Below, one piece after another: positions 32,100 through 39,759 of a stretch of DNA of 42,177 bases. Location of the stretch: IMG/VR virus record IMGVR_UViG_3300012929_000013. The stretch is one strand, 5' to 3'. The DNA comes from a virus. Below the pieces are notes generated by a model. That model was not told the DNA's origin. It worked only from the letters and a program-made list of their open reading frames with translations, and ran no database searches. The position numbers were made by a program, and so were the translations under genes. The first letter of the stretch is position 1. Each line of letters begins with the position of its first letter.

Positions 32100-32276
32100 A
32101 TGACGAAGATCGCGACATGGAAAGCCAACCCGGACCTGATGACCCGTCTGGTCGAGGCGCAGAGTCACTTCGACAACATCGACATCATGACCTTCGCCGG
32201 CATGTGCGACGACCGCGCCGAGTTGCTCCGCCACGTCGAGCGCTACGAAGCCCGCGTCGTCCACAAGGCCGCCTGA
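32100..32276 (+). CDS. Hypothetical early protein (58 aa)
   Basis: Not in the track in this frame. Hand translation: MTKIATWKANPDLMTRLVEAQSHFDNIDIMTFAGMCDDRAELLRHVERYEARVVHKAA. It has a strong RBS and high GC3. Confidence 0.6.
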   Translation: MTKIATWKANPDLMTRLVEAQSHFDNIDIMTFAGMCDDRAELLRHVERYEARVVHKAA

Positions 32277-32287
32277 AGAGAGCCGAG

Positions 32288-32482
32288 ATGACCTTATCCG
32301 AAGAAACACGCGATCTTGCCAAGCGTCTCCGTGCCGAAGCCGATCGCCTCGATGAGAGCTTCACACAGATAGCGGATTCGCGCGCCCTTCAGGGCGGCGC
32401 CATCTGCGAAGAGGCCGACGACTATCGCAAATTTGCCCGCAAGATCTTCGCGGTTGCCCGCGAAATGAACGAGTTGGAATGA
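32288..32482 (+). CDS. Hypothetical early protein (64 aa)
   Basis: Internal start MTLSEETRDLAKRLRAEADRLDES... of track ORF 32042..32482. Its initiation region is the same 15 nt as the preceding gene's. Confidence 0.6.
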   Translation: MTLSEETRDLAKRLRAEADRLDESFTQIADSRALQGGAICEEADDYRKFARKIFAVAREMNELE

Positions 32483-32510
32483 CCCGCCGCGCCGCGACAG
32501 GAGCCGCCTG

Positions 32511-33191
32511 ATGTCGACCGTCGAAATCGCCTACCGCTGGTCCACCCGCAAGCTCGCGGTCGAGCTGCCCGTCTCGCTCGACAACGCCGCGCCCGACATC
32601 CGCCTCGGCGCCGCCGTCAGGATCGCCCTCCGTCAGGGCGCCGATCTGTCTCGCGCCGTTCTGACGGGCGCCGTTCTGACGGGCGCCGATCTGACGGGCG
32701 CCGATCTGACGGGCGCCGATCTGACGGACGCCGATCTGACGGACGCCGATCTGACGGGCGCCGTTCTGTCGCGCGCCAAAGGCCTGCCGCCTATCCCGAT
32801 CGTGCCGCATATAGACGCCGCGATCCTGCGCCAGATCGAGCGCGACCCCAAGCATTTCGAAATGCATTCATGGCACGGCGACGATGAGAAATGCAATCCT
32901 GATCATTGGTGCGAGACGACGCACTGCCGCGCCGGCCTCGCCATCGCTCTCGCCGGTGAGGCGGGATGGGCACTGGAACGCGCGATTGGCCCCGCTGCGG
33001 CCGGCGCGCTGATCTATGCCGCCAGCCGGCCCGGCAAGCCGGTGCCGCAGTTCGTCACCACGAACGAGGCGGCACTGGCCGACATCCGCGCATGCGCCGC
33101 AGAGGACCCTGCTCCGCCCCAAGGGGCTTCGCAGGGCGAGCCCGGACGGCAGAAGTCCTCCGAAGCTCCCGAAGGGAGCGCAGGAGGATGA
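32511..33191 (+). CDS. Pentapeptide-repeat protein with a Cys/His/Trp-rich C-terminal domain (226 aa)
   Basis: ADLSR AVLTG AVLTG ADLTG ADLTG ADLTG ADLTD ADLTD ADLTG AVLSR is a canonical A(D/N)LXX repeat. The C-terminal part contains HFEMHSWHGDDEKCNPDHWCETTHCRAG. Confidence 0.85.
   Translation: MSTVEIAYRWSTRKLAVELPVSLDNAAPDIRLGAAVRIALRQGADLSRAVLTGAVLTGADLTGADLTGADLTDADLTDADLTGAVLSRAKGLPPIPIVPHIDAAILRQIERDPKHFEMHSWHGDDEKCNPDHWCETTHCRAGLAIALAGEAGWALERAIGPAAAGALIYAASRPGKPVPQFVTTNEAALADIRACAAEDPAPPQGASQGEPGRQKSSEAPEGSAGG
32638..32772 (+). repeat. Nine tandem 15-bp units (consensus GCGCCGATCTGACGG) inside the pentapeptide-repeat gene
   Basis: Units start at 32638, 32653, 32668, 32683, 32698, 32713, 32728, 32743 and 32758. 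The internal units differ by 0-2 nt. Confidence 0.9.
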
Positions 33192-33400
33192 CCCGCGCCG
33201 AGTTCACCCGCTGCCTGCGCGCGATGGAAGAGTTGATCGTTCGCGGCCTTCCTGGCGTGTCAGACCTTTCGGTAGACGAGATCAACGATTTCATCGACTT
33301 CCCGCTGCGAACATTCGTGAACGCTGACGATGCGACCGCCGCCGCGATCTGGCGCGAGATCGTCCTTCGACAGGCTCAGGATAAGGGGAGCGAGGAATGA
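33188..33400 (+). CDS. Hypothetical protein (70 aa)
   Basis: Internal start MTRAEFTRCLRAMEELIVRG... of track ORF 32966..33400. ATGA overlap with the upstream gene, with CAGGAGG upstream. Confidence 0.6.
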   Translation: MTRAEFTRCLRAMEELIVRGLPGVSDLSVDEINDFIDFPLRTFVNADDATAAAIWREIVLRQAQDKGSEE

Positions 33401-33582
33401 GTGAGGCGCCGATATTGGGACCGTTAGCGACCTTCACGCTCGTCGTGAAGTATACGACCGAGATCAATGCCGCGGACGCGATGGAGGCAATGAAAGAACT
33501 CATAGAAAAGGCGTGCGAAATGGGAACTCCGATAACGGCGCGCGTCGACTTTGAGATACCGTCGATGGACCTACTGCAATGA
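33397..33582 (+). CDS. Hypothetical protein (61 aa)
   Basis: Track ORF with ATGA overlaps on both sides; lower-GC segment. Confidence 0.6.
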   Translation: MSEAPILGPLATFTLVVKYTTEINAADAMEAMKELIEKACEMGTPITARVDFEIPSMDLLQ

Positions 33583-34253
33583 CCCCCGCCGACGAGGCGC
33601 GCTGGCGCGAGCTGGCGAATGCCGCCACCGAAGGACCGTGGCGAGAAGCAAAGATAGACGACCGTGGTAGAGCACCCATTTGGACAGCCTCCGGGGATTT
33701 TGTCTCGATCTACGCCAACGCCGCCTTCATCGCCGCCGCGCGCGAGGCTGTGCCGGCTCTCTTGGACGAGGTCGCGAGGCTGCGCGCGGAGATCGAGCAG
33801 CATCACGCTAAATCGATATGCTGTTGCGGTAACTACGTGACAGAGCATGGGTTGGGAGACGGGCATTCGCCCGTTAGCATGTACGATTATGCGCTTGAGC
33901 AAGCGGAGGGCGCGCTAGAAACGGCTCGCCGGCAAATCGGACAGCAGATCAAAGTCATCTCCAGCGAAAGTGAACGCGCCGACCGAAACACGATCCGCGC
34001 CGAGGCCGCCGAGAAGAGCGTCGCCGAGCTGCGCGCGGAGATCGAGAAGAGTCGCGATGCTGCATTGGATTCATCTAGCGTAGCAAAAGATATGCTTGTT
34101 GAATCGCGTACGTTTGCTAATCGCGCCCTGCGAGCCGAGGCCGCGCTGCGCGAGATTGTGCCGTTATCCGACAGCGACCAACCAGATGGCTACCGACAAC
34201 TTTACGAAATATCAAAGATTGCCCGCGCCGTCCTCTCGGAGGTCCCGGAATGA
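33579..34253 (+). CDS. Ead/Ea22-like protein (224 aa)
   Basis: RWRELANAATEGPW...ANAAFIAAAREAVPALLDEVARLRAEIE fits the Ea22-like N-terminal pattern and is followed by a coiled coil. Confidence 0.45.
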   Translation: MTPADEARWRELANAATEGPWREAKIDDRGRAPIWTASGDFVSIYANAAFIAAAREAVPALLDEVARLRAEIEQHHAKSICCCGNYVTEHGLGDGHSPVSMYDYALEQAEGALETARRQIGQQIKVISSESERADRNTIRAEAAEKSVAELRAEIEKSRDAALDSSSVAKDMLVESRTFANRALRAEAALREIVPLSDSDQPDGYRQLYEISKIARAVLSEVPE

Positions 34254-34453
34254 CCTCGACATATCTGGAAGTGCCCGCGCGCCCTCTCGCCATTCTGACG
34301 ACATACCGGGATGGCCGGGTGACGGTGCGCGAGAGCGGCACGAAATACCGCTTGACGGTGCGCAGCCACGACGCGGCGATCCAGGCGGCCAAGCACTGGC
34401 TCGGCCCCGACGTGCAAATCCTCGACGAGATCAGCGGGAGATTGAGACCATGA
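34250..34453 (+). CDS. Hypothetical protein (67 aa)
   Basis: Track ORF, overlap-coupled. Confidence 0.6.
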   Translation: MTSTYLEVPARPLAILTTYRDGRVTVRESGTKYRLTVRSHDAAIQAAKHWLGPDVQILDEISGRLRP

Positions 34454-34614
34454 GCAAAAGCATAGGCGTTGATCAAGCCGCGGTCGACTTGGCTGAGCAT
34501 TGCCTGGCCGATTGCCCGAACGCAGCACCGGCCGATATCGAGGCACTTGCCGTGGCGATCCAATATACGTGCGAGGAGTTCTGCTCGATGGTCGATGCGA
34601 GGGTGCCGCAATGA
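34450..34614 (+). CDS. Hypothetical protein (54 aa)
   Basis: Internal start MSKSIGVDQAAVDLAEHCLADCPNAAPADIEALAVAIQYTCEEFCSMVDARVPQ of track ORF 34096..34614, with ATGA overlaps. Confidence 0.55.
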   Translation: MSKSIGVDQAAVDLAEHCLADCPNAAPADIEALAVAIQYTCEEFCSMVDARVPQ

Positions 34615-34946
34615 GATTCACTCTGCCCCTGATCATCGAGATCAACGGCCACCAGGTCGAGCATGATTTGCTGGTGCGCGGGACATATCGCCCTGCCGAG
34701 AAAGACATCACCTATTTTGGCATGCATGGGCCGATTGATCCGCCAGTGCCAGCAGAATTCGAGATCGACGGCGTCTATGTCAGCGTGAAGCGCGCCTCCG
34801 GTATTCCCGTCGTCATCGACATGGCGCCGTTGCTGCTCACGCCGGCGATCTGGGCGATGATCGAGGAGGCCGGCATCGAGGCGGCGGGCAACGCGCGCGA
34901 GCAGGCTGCCGCGGACGCGGCGGAGAGCCGGAGGGATGCGACGTGA
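34611..34946 (+). CDS. Hypothetical protein (111 aa)
   Basis: Internal start MRFTLPLIIEINGHQVEHDLLVRG... of track ORF 34500..34946, with an ATGA overlap. Confidence 0.6.
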   Translation: MRFTLPLIIEINGHQVEHDLLVRGTYRPAEKDITYFGMHGPIDPPVPAEFEIDGVYVSVKRASGIPVVIDMAPLLLTPAIWAMIEEAGIEAAGNAREQAAADAAESRRDAT

Positions 34947-35152
34947 GCATGATCAGGTGCGACGACTGCGGCGACATCTTCGATTCTGATGCCGACCCCG
35001 ATTGCTTCATCGAGGGCAGTAGCCGTGTGCTGTGCGAGCCATGCCGGAACGATTATCCAGAGGGATTTTTCTCGGCCGTCGCGCGGCAGAACGAACTCAA
35101 TCGACTGATAGAGGATGAAGAGCGACGCTTCACTGAGGATGATGCGACATGA
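34943..35152 (+). CDS. Small Cys-pair (zinc-ribbon-like) protein (69 aa)
   Basis: Track ORF with a GTG start overlapping the upstream stop. It contains CDDCG...CEPC. Confidence 0.55.
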   Translation: MSMIRCDDCGDIFDSDADPDCFIEGSSRVLCEPCRNDYPEGFFSAVARQNELNRLIEDEERRFTEDDAT

Positions 35153-35304
35153 CGTTGCAAAAACTAAGCGCGCTTTTCGCAACGGTGGGAACTCTTTTCG
35201 CACTGGCTGGGCTAGTGGCGACGATCGCGCAAAATTGGCCGCTGTCGTCGCTGATGTGGAACATCGCTTACCTTATGGTACTGACAAGGATTTTTACATC
35301 ATGA
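35149..35304 (+). CDS. Small membrane protein (51 aa, two hydrophobic helices)
   Basis: Not in the track. Hand translation: MTLQKLSALFATVGTLFALAGLVATIAQNWPLSSLMWNIAYLMVLTRIFTS. ATGA overlaps on both sides. Confidence 0.55.
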   Translation: MTLQKLSALFATVGTLFALAGLVATIAQNWPLSSLMWNIAYLMVLTRIFTS

Positions 35305-35492
35305 CCGCCCCGCTCCCGAAGGGCACGCGCATTGCCGTGTCGTTCTCGCTCAATCTGCCGGCCGCCGCGACCGATACCGAGGTGTTAGCATGGCTGCGAT
35401 TCCATCTCCTGGAAACCGGAAGCCTGAGAAAAAGCGATATCTGTGAATTCAGCCTCAACGCGCAAAACGTCAGCTTCGAGGTCGACGAATGA
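35301..35492 (+). CDS. Hypothetical protein (63 aa)
   Basis: Internal start MTAPLPKGTRIAVSFSLNLPAAATDTEVLAWLRF... of track ORF 35115..35492. Confidence 0.55.
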   Translation: MTAPLPKGTRIAVSFSLNLPAAATDTEVLAWLRFHLLETGSLRKSDICEFSLNAQNVSFEVDE

Positions 35493-35851
35493 CCGCCCTC
35501 CCGGAAGCGCTCGTCGAACGCTGCACCCGTGTCGCATGGGAGCGACGTCGCACAACAAACAACGGATGTCTCCCAATTGAGTACCAGTTAGAGCCCTGGG
35601 GAGACGGCACAATTCCACGCTCAAACGACGTTGATGGTGAGACTCGCGCCGTCCTGGCCGAGGCGCATGTCGCCGACCTGATCGAGGCGCTGCGCGAGAT
35701 CGCCGATCCGATTAAATATATGAAACAGCGCGCTGCGGCAGAAGATGCGCGTATCGATGGCATGATGGCCAATCAACTTTCAAACGATCCACATTTCATC
35801 AAGGCCATCGCCATACGCGTCCTCGCCCGCATTGACGGAGCCGCGCCATGA
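35489..35851 (+). CDS. Hypothetical protein (120 aa)
   Basis: Track ORF, overlap-coupled. Confidence 0.65.
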   Translation: MTALPEALVERCTRVAWERRRTTNNGCLPIEYQLEPWGDGTIPRSNDVDGETRAVLAEAHVADLIEALREIADPIKYMKQRAAAEDARIDGMMANQLSNDPHFIKAIAIRVLARIDGAAP

Positions 35852-36450
35852 GCGCCACACCGGAAGACCGCGATCTTACGGTAGCGGAGAAAATGAGCTT
35901 CGATACTACGATGATCCGTACTCCCCCACACAAGCCCGATTGGGCCGATCTAGAAGCAGCTAACCTATACACTAACGGCCCAATAGCCGCCGCTCTGCGC
36001 GCCGCGTGCCGCAAGGGCGCCGAGGAGATGCGGGAGGCGGCAAAAGAGGCGATCGATCAAGCTCGCTGGGCTGGCCCTACAGACTTACGGGAAATCGCAT
36101 CTATCGTAGGCGCCCTGCCGCTGCCGGGAGTCGCCACAGTGACCGCCGAGAGCCGCATCGAGCGCGTCGCGAGTGCGATGCGGAAGTTCATCGACGAAGC
36201 CCCGTTGCCTGCAATGACCCACGAAGCGATCAGCGCCCATCGACTGGAGCTCGCCGCTGTCGCCATCCGCGCCCACGAGGCCGCGCTGGCGGAGGACGGC
36301 TACGAAATTGTCCCTATCCATCCGACGACCGCCATGCAGGGCGCCGCCGCGTCCCTGGCCGGCTGCAAACAATGCGACGGCTTCGGCGACGACATTCATC
36401 AGAACGATATTTGGCGCGTCATGCTCGATGCCGCGAAGGACCGGCCATGA
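35848..36450 (+). CDS. Hypothetical protein (200 aa), paralogous segment shared with 39756..40172
   Basis: RIERVASAMRKFIDEAPLPAMTHEAISAHRLELAAVAIRAHEAALAEDGYEIV aligns with RIERVADAIKEFFADTPLPEKTPEAIGAQRSALAAAAISAYEAALAEDGYAIV. Confidence 0.65.
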   Translation: MSATPEDRDLTVAEKMSFDTTMIRTPPHKPDWADLEAANLYTNGPIAAALRAACRKGAEEMREAAKEAIDQARWAGPTDLREIASIVGALPLPGVATVTAESRIERVASAMRKFIDEAPLPAMTHEAISAHRLELAAVAIRAHEAALAEDGYEIVPIHPTTAMQGAAASLAGCKQCDGFGDDIHQNDIWRVMLDAAKDRP

Positions 36451-36593
36451 TCCCCCGCCACGGTCGTACATGGTGCGCGATCCTCGAATCGTCGCCGCCG
36501 GCGCGCTCACGCAAGATCGAACTGCGGACGTGCGTCCGCGCTGTCGTCCTCGCTGCCATCCTCGGCGCCGCGCTCGGATGGTGGCTGCCATGA
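36447..36593 (+). CDS. Small C-terminally anchored membrane protein (48 aa)
   Basis: Not in the track in this form. Hand translation: MIPRHGRTWCAILESSPPARSRKIELRTCVRAVVLAAILGAALGWWLP, with ATGA overlaps. Confidence 0.5.
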   Translation: MIPRHGRTWCAILESSPPARSRKIELRTCVRAVVLAAILGAALGWWLP

Positions 36594-36829
36594 GCGACAA
36601 CAAACGCGAAAAGATTGTGCCTCGCGCTGTGCCCGCAGGCGAGGATGGCTCTGGTGGGCCATGGCGAGACGCGGTCACCAACGCGCCTCGCCCGCAAGAG
36701 GATGAAAGAATGCGCATGCTCCGGGACGAATTGAACAAGATCATCGCTCCCTATGGCGAATGGTGCCGCAATCCAGATGCGTGCGCCGGCAAGGGCTATT
36801 GCCCGCTCGATCCGACGTGCGGGGATTGA
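36590..36829 (+). CDS. Hypothetical Cys-containing protein (79 aa)
   Basis: Internal start MSDNKREKIVPRAVPAGEDGSGGPW...CRNPDACAGKGYCPLDPTCGD of track ORF 36308..36829. Confidence 0.55.
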   Translation: MSDNKREKIVPRAVPAGEDGSGGPWRDAVTNAPRPQEDERMRMLRDELNKIIAPYGEWCRNPDACAGKGYCPLDPTCGD

Positions 36830-36830
36830 G

Positions 36831-36920
36831 ATGAACGAGAACCGCACCAGCGACATCGTCATCGGCGTGGCGGCGATCCTCGCCGTCCTGATCATGATCA
36901 TCGGGGGATTTTTTGTATGA
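36831..36920 (+). CDS. 29-aa single-TM peptide
   Basis: Hand translation: MNENRTSDIVIGVAAILAVLIMIIGGFFV. Its stop overlaps the next ATG. Confidence 0.45.
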   Translation: MNENRTSDIVIGVAAILAVLIMIIGGFFV

Positions 36921-37237
36921 GAATTACCGCACGGATCATCGGCACTGTCGCTCTGTTCTGCATCGCAATCTTTGGGCTCAATGCCTTGGGGTTCTCGATC
37001 TTCGCTTTCTTCGCTCCGAAATACGAAGCGGTGCGGCGCGATCAAATGATCGAGTCACGCGCCTATTCAGAGGGCACGATCCGCGAGCTTTATACCCTTC
37101 AACGCCAATATCAGGCAGCAAAGACAGACGCCGAGCGCGACACCCTGGCCGCTGCCGCGCGCCATGAATTTTCAATCTTCCCGCAAGAGCGCCTTCCGAG
37201 CGATCTACGTGCATTCATGACGCAGGTAGGGGGATAA
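36917..37237 (+). CDS. N-terminally membrane-anchored protein (106 aa)
   Basis: Track ORF. IIGTVALFCIAIFGLNALGFSIFAFF forms a hydrophobic N-terminus. Confidence 0.65.
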   Translation: MRITARIIGTVALFCIAIFGLNALGFSIFAFFAPKYEAVRRDQMIESRAYSEGTIRELYTLQRQYQAAKTDAERDTLAAAARHEFSIFPQERLPSDLRAFMTQVGG

Positions 37238-37239
37238 TC

Positions 37240-37755
37240 ATGCACGTCAAAAGAGTGGCCATGCTCATCCTGGTCGCGGTGCTTTGCGGCGGCGCCGATA
37301 GCTGTAGCAGCGAAGGCGTTTCCGACAAGCGCGAGCGCGAGCAAACCACACGGTTGACGGAGCAGGCCAGCACGCAGGTCGGTATGCCTGCCGTAACGCG
37401 CTTCACGGAAAAGCGAAATCTCAAGGCACTATACGAGATGCGGGACAATCCGAAGCTCGCGACGGTTGCCTATATCGTCGATCTCAACGGCAAGCTGCAC
37501 AAGGTATGCGATGCGCTCGGATACGGATTTCCCTATGCGACACAGTTCACCAACCCCAATCGCGACACTTACTACGGCGATCCCGGCACGAGCATTCATT
37601 TTGCCATGCCGCAGCCGGAGCCCAATGGCCTGTTCATGCCGAATGCAGCCGATGGGACGTGGATCATGTGTCTCAATCCGGAAACGAAAGACGTGCAGCC
37701 GGTCTATGTCGAGCCGCGCGTCATCGTGAGCCCGTTCGCGCTGAAAATTGAATAG
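37240..37755 (+). CDS. Secreted or lipid-anchored protein (171 aa)
   Basis: Track ORF. MHVKRVAMLILVAVLCGGADSC is a signal-like N-terminus with Cys residues, but the lipobox is not canonical. Confidence 0.65.
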   Translation: MHVKRVAMLILVAVLCGGADSCSSEGVSDKREREQTTRLTEQASTQVGMPAVTRFTEKRNLKALYEMRDNPKLATVAYIVDLNGKLHKVCDALGYGFPYATQFTNPNRDTYYGDPGTSIHFAMPQPEPNGLFMPNAADGTWIMCLNPETKDVQPVYVEPRVIVSPFALKIE

Positions 37756-37764
37756 GAATTCATC

Positions 37765-38187
37765 ATGAGCCGACCATCGAAAGAAGACAATTGCCTCGCC
37801 GTGATCGAGGCGGAGATCGCGCTCGCCGAGAAGGAGGTCGAAATGGGGGTCGGCAGTCTCCGCGCTGCCGAGAAGATGCTGCGCAAGCTGAATACGATCC
37901 GCACCAATATCATGGTGGCGCCCGCCGCCGAGGCGAAGCCGCGCGCCGCGCGCAACTCGGTCGCCGGCGCGGTGCTGGCCGCGATCATGAACCATACACA
38001 GCCGATGTCCCTCGCTTCTCTGGGGGCTGACATCGGGTATAGCCGCTCATCCATCCGCAAGGCTCTGGCGGCGCTCCAGAAGGCCGGCAAGGTCGCCGAG
38101 AACGCGCGCGGCGAGTGGGGACTGCGCGCGGCCGATCCTGCTTCGCCGAAGGCTTCGCAGGATGCCCCGGCGAAGGCGGCGGAGTAG
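37765..38187 (+). CDS. Winged-helix (MarR-like) DNA-binding protein candidate (140 aa)
   Basis: Track ORF. VLAAIMNHTQPMSLASLGADIGYSRSSIRKALAALQKAGKVAENARGEWGL has wHTH-like spacing. Confidence 0.45.
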   Translation: MSRPSKEDNCLAVIEAEIALAEKEVEMGVGSLRAAEKMLRKLNTIRTNIMVAPAAEAKPRAARNSVAGAVLAAIMNHTQPMSLASLGADIGYSRSSIRKALAALQKAGKVAENARGEWGLRAADPASPKASQDAPAKAAE

Positions 38188-38244
38188 GCGATGACCGCGA
38201 CAATTCCTATTGCTATCCGCATATCCGCGTGCTAGCGTTGCGCC

Positions 38245-38493
38245 ATGATGACCGCCGCCGCCGCCCTGTTCGACTGGCGCAAGCGCGAGAAGCTCTCGCA
38301 GCGCGAGGTCGCCGCCGCGCTCGATATCAGCCCGTCGCATCTCAGCGACATCGAGAACGGCCGGCGCAACCTGCCCGATAGCCTGATCGATCGGGTTGGC
38401 GCGGCGACGCCGCTCGGCGCGGCGCTGCGCAAGGCACGGGCGGCCGAGTATCGGGCCAAGATCGCGGCATTGAACGGGGGCGGGAGAACATGA
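38245..38493 (+). CDS. XRE-family HTH transcriptional regulator (82 aa)
   Basis: KLSQREVAAALDISPSHLSDIENGRRNL is a canonical XRE HTH. Confidence 0.8.
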   Translation: MMTAAAALFDWRKREKLSQREVAAALDISPSHLSDIENGRRNLPDSLIDRVGAATPLGAALRKARAAEYRAKIAALNGGGRT

Positions 38494-39092
38494 CCGAGGC
38501 ATACCCCTTGGCTTGGCCGCGCGCGGTGCCGCGGACGCCTGCCATCAGGCGGAAGGCGGCGAAGTTCACAAAACATGGCCAGGCGCTGACGGTCGCGAGC
38601 GCTCTCGATCGGCTGAAAGCCAACGTCGACAATCTACGCGGCAAGAGCGGCGGACATGCCAGCGCTCTCGTCGTGAGCAGCAACATTCCGTTGCGCCGCG
38701 ACGGCTTTCCGCGCTCGGACTGGAAACCGGAAGATCCAGGCGTCGCCGTTTTTTTTCGCCTCGACGGCAAGGCCTATTGCCTGCCGTGCGACCGCTGGGA
38801 CCGCGCCCCTGACAATATCTGCGCCGTCGCCTGGCACATCGATGCGATGCGGGCGATCGAGCGCTACGGCGTCGGCACGGTGGAGCAGGCCTTCGAGGGC
38901 TTCCTCTATTTGCCGCCGCCGGCATGGTGGGACGATCTCGGTCTGCGCGAACGGCCGCGCTCGATCGACGAGGCCGAAAAGGCATGGCGGAAGATGATGC
39001 GGCGTCATCACCCGGACATCGGCGGCGATGTCGATATCGCGGCGCGGGCCAACCAAGCGATTGCGGACGCACGAAAGGATTTCGCGGCATGA
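38490..39092 (+). CDS. J-domain (DnaJ-like) protein with unknown N-terminal domain (200 aa)
   Basis: The C-terminus IDEAEKAWRKMMRRHHPDIGGDVDIAARANQAIADARKDF carries the HPD tripeptide in a J-domain context. Confidence 0.75.
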   Translation: MTEAYPLAWPRAVPRTPAIRRKAAKFTKHGQALTVASALDRLKANVDNLRGKSGGHASALVVSSNIPLRRDGFPRSDWKPEDPGVAVFFRLDGKAYCLPCDRWDRAPDNICAVAWHIDAMRAIERYGVGTVEQAFEGFLYLPPPAWWDDLGLRERPRSIDEAEKAWRKMMRRHHPDIGGDVDIAARANQAIADARKDFAA

Positions 39093-39526
39093 TCACCGAC
39101 GCCGAGCGCGAGGCCGAGATACGCGCCTGGATCGGGATGTTACCGATGCTTGGGCCTGAGGACAGCGTGGCCGCGCCGCTGCTGCGCCTTCTCGACGCGG
39201 CGCGGGCGGAGATCGCCGAATTGCGTGTCCAGATCGAGGAACTAACGGTTGGTCTCGGCCAGCTTTCCGCTGCCGGCGGGACCGCCTTGGCCCGCGCCGC
39301 CGATCTGGAACAGCAACTCGGCGCCGAGAAATCGCATCTCGCCTTGCGCGAGACATGCAGCGCTTGGTGGGAAGCACGCGCCGCCGCGATGGAAGCGGCG
39401 CTGCGGAAGTATGGGCGCCATATAGAAGATTGTGACCGCTTTGGGTTGTCGGAGAATAAGTGCATCTGCGGGCTGACGGTAGCCCTCGCCGTGCGCACCG
39501 TCCCTGCCAATGAGCCGCCACGATGA
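39089..39526 (+). CDS. Coiled-coil protein with C-terminal His/Cys knuckle (145 aa), Ea22-like C-terminus
   Basis: Internal start MITDAEREAEIRAWIGML... of track ORF 38924..39526, with the C-terminal motif EAALRKYGRHIEDCDRFGLSENKCICG. Confidence 0.6.
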   Translation: MITDAEREAEIRAWIGMLPMLGPEDSVAAPLLRLLDAARAEIAELRVQIEELTVGLGQLSAAGGTALARAADLEQQLGAEKSHLALRETCSAWWEARAAAMEAALRKYGRHIEDCDRFGLSENKCICGLTVALAVRTVPANEPPR

Positions 39527-39759
39527 CCGATGGCGATGTCATCAGGCGGGCAGCAATGATCATGTCGGATTTGCTCTCGTCGACCCTTCTCTATCAGCCG
39601 ATACGAGAGCGCGACATGCGCCGGGCTTATCTTGATGGGGATGACGGCGGCCTGTACATCTGGGAACGCGAGGCAGTCGATTGGCTCGCTCAGCGACCGA
39701 AAGACAACTGCCCCATCAATGATTGGACGGCATCGCTGGTACAGAGATTACGCCCATGA
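39523..39759 (+). CDS. Hypothetical protein (78 aa)
   Basis: Track ORF, overlap-coupled. Confidence 0.6.
   Translation: MTDGDVIRRAAMIMSDLLSSTLLYQPIRERDMRRAYLDGDDGGLYIWEREAVDWLAQRPKDNCPINDWTASLVQRLRP

Noticed and set aside
32361-32867. Minus-strand 168-aa ORF with ARQIG repeats, and the idea that the 15-bp tandem repeats form a CRISPR-like array
   Set aside because: The repeats are contiguous with no spacers and encode in-frame pentapeptide repeats on the plus strand. The minus-strand ORF is a mirror artefact.
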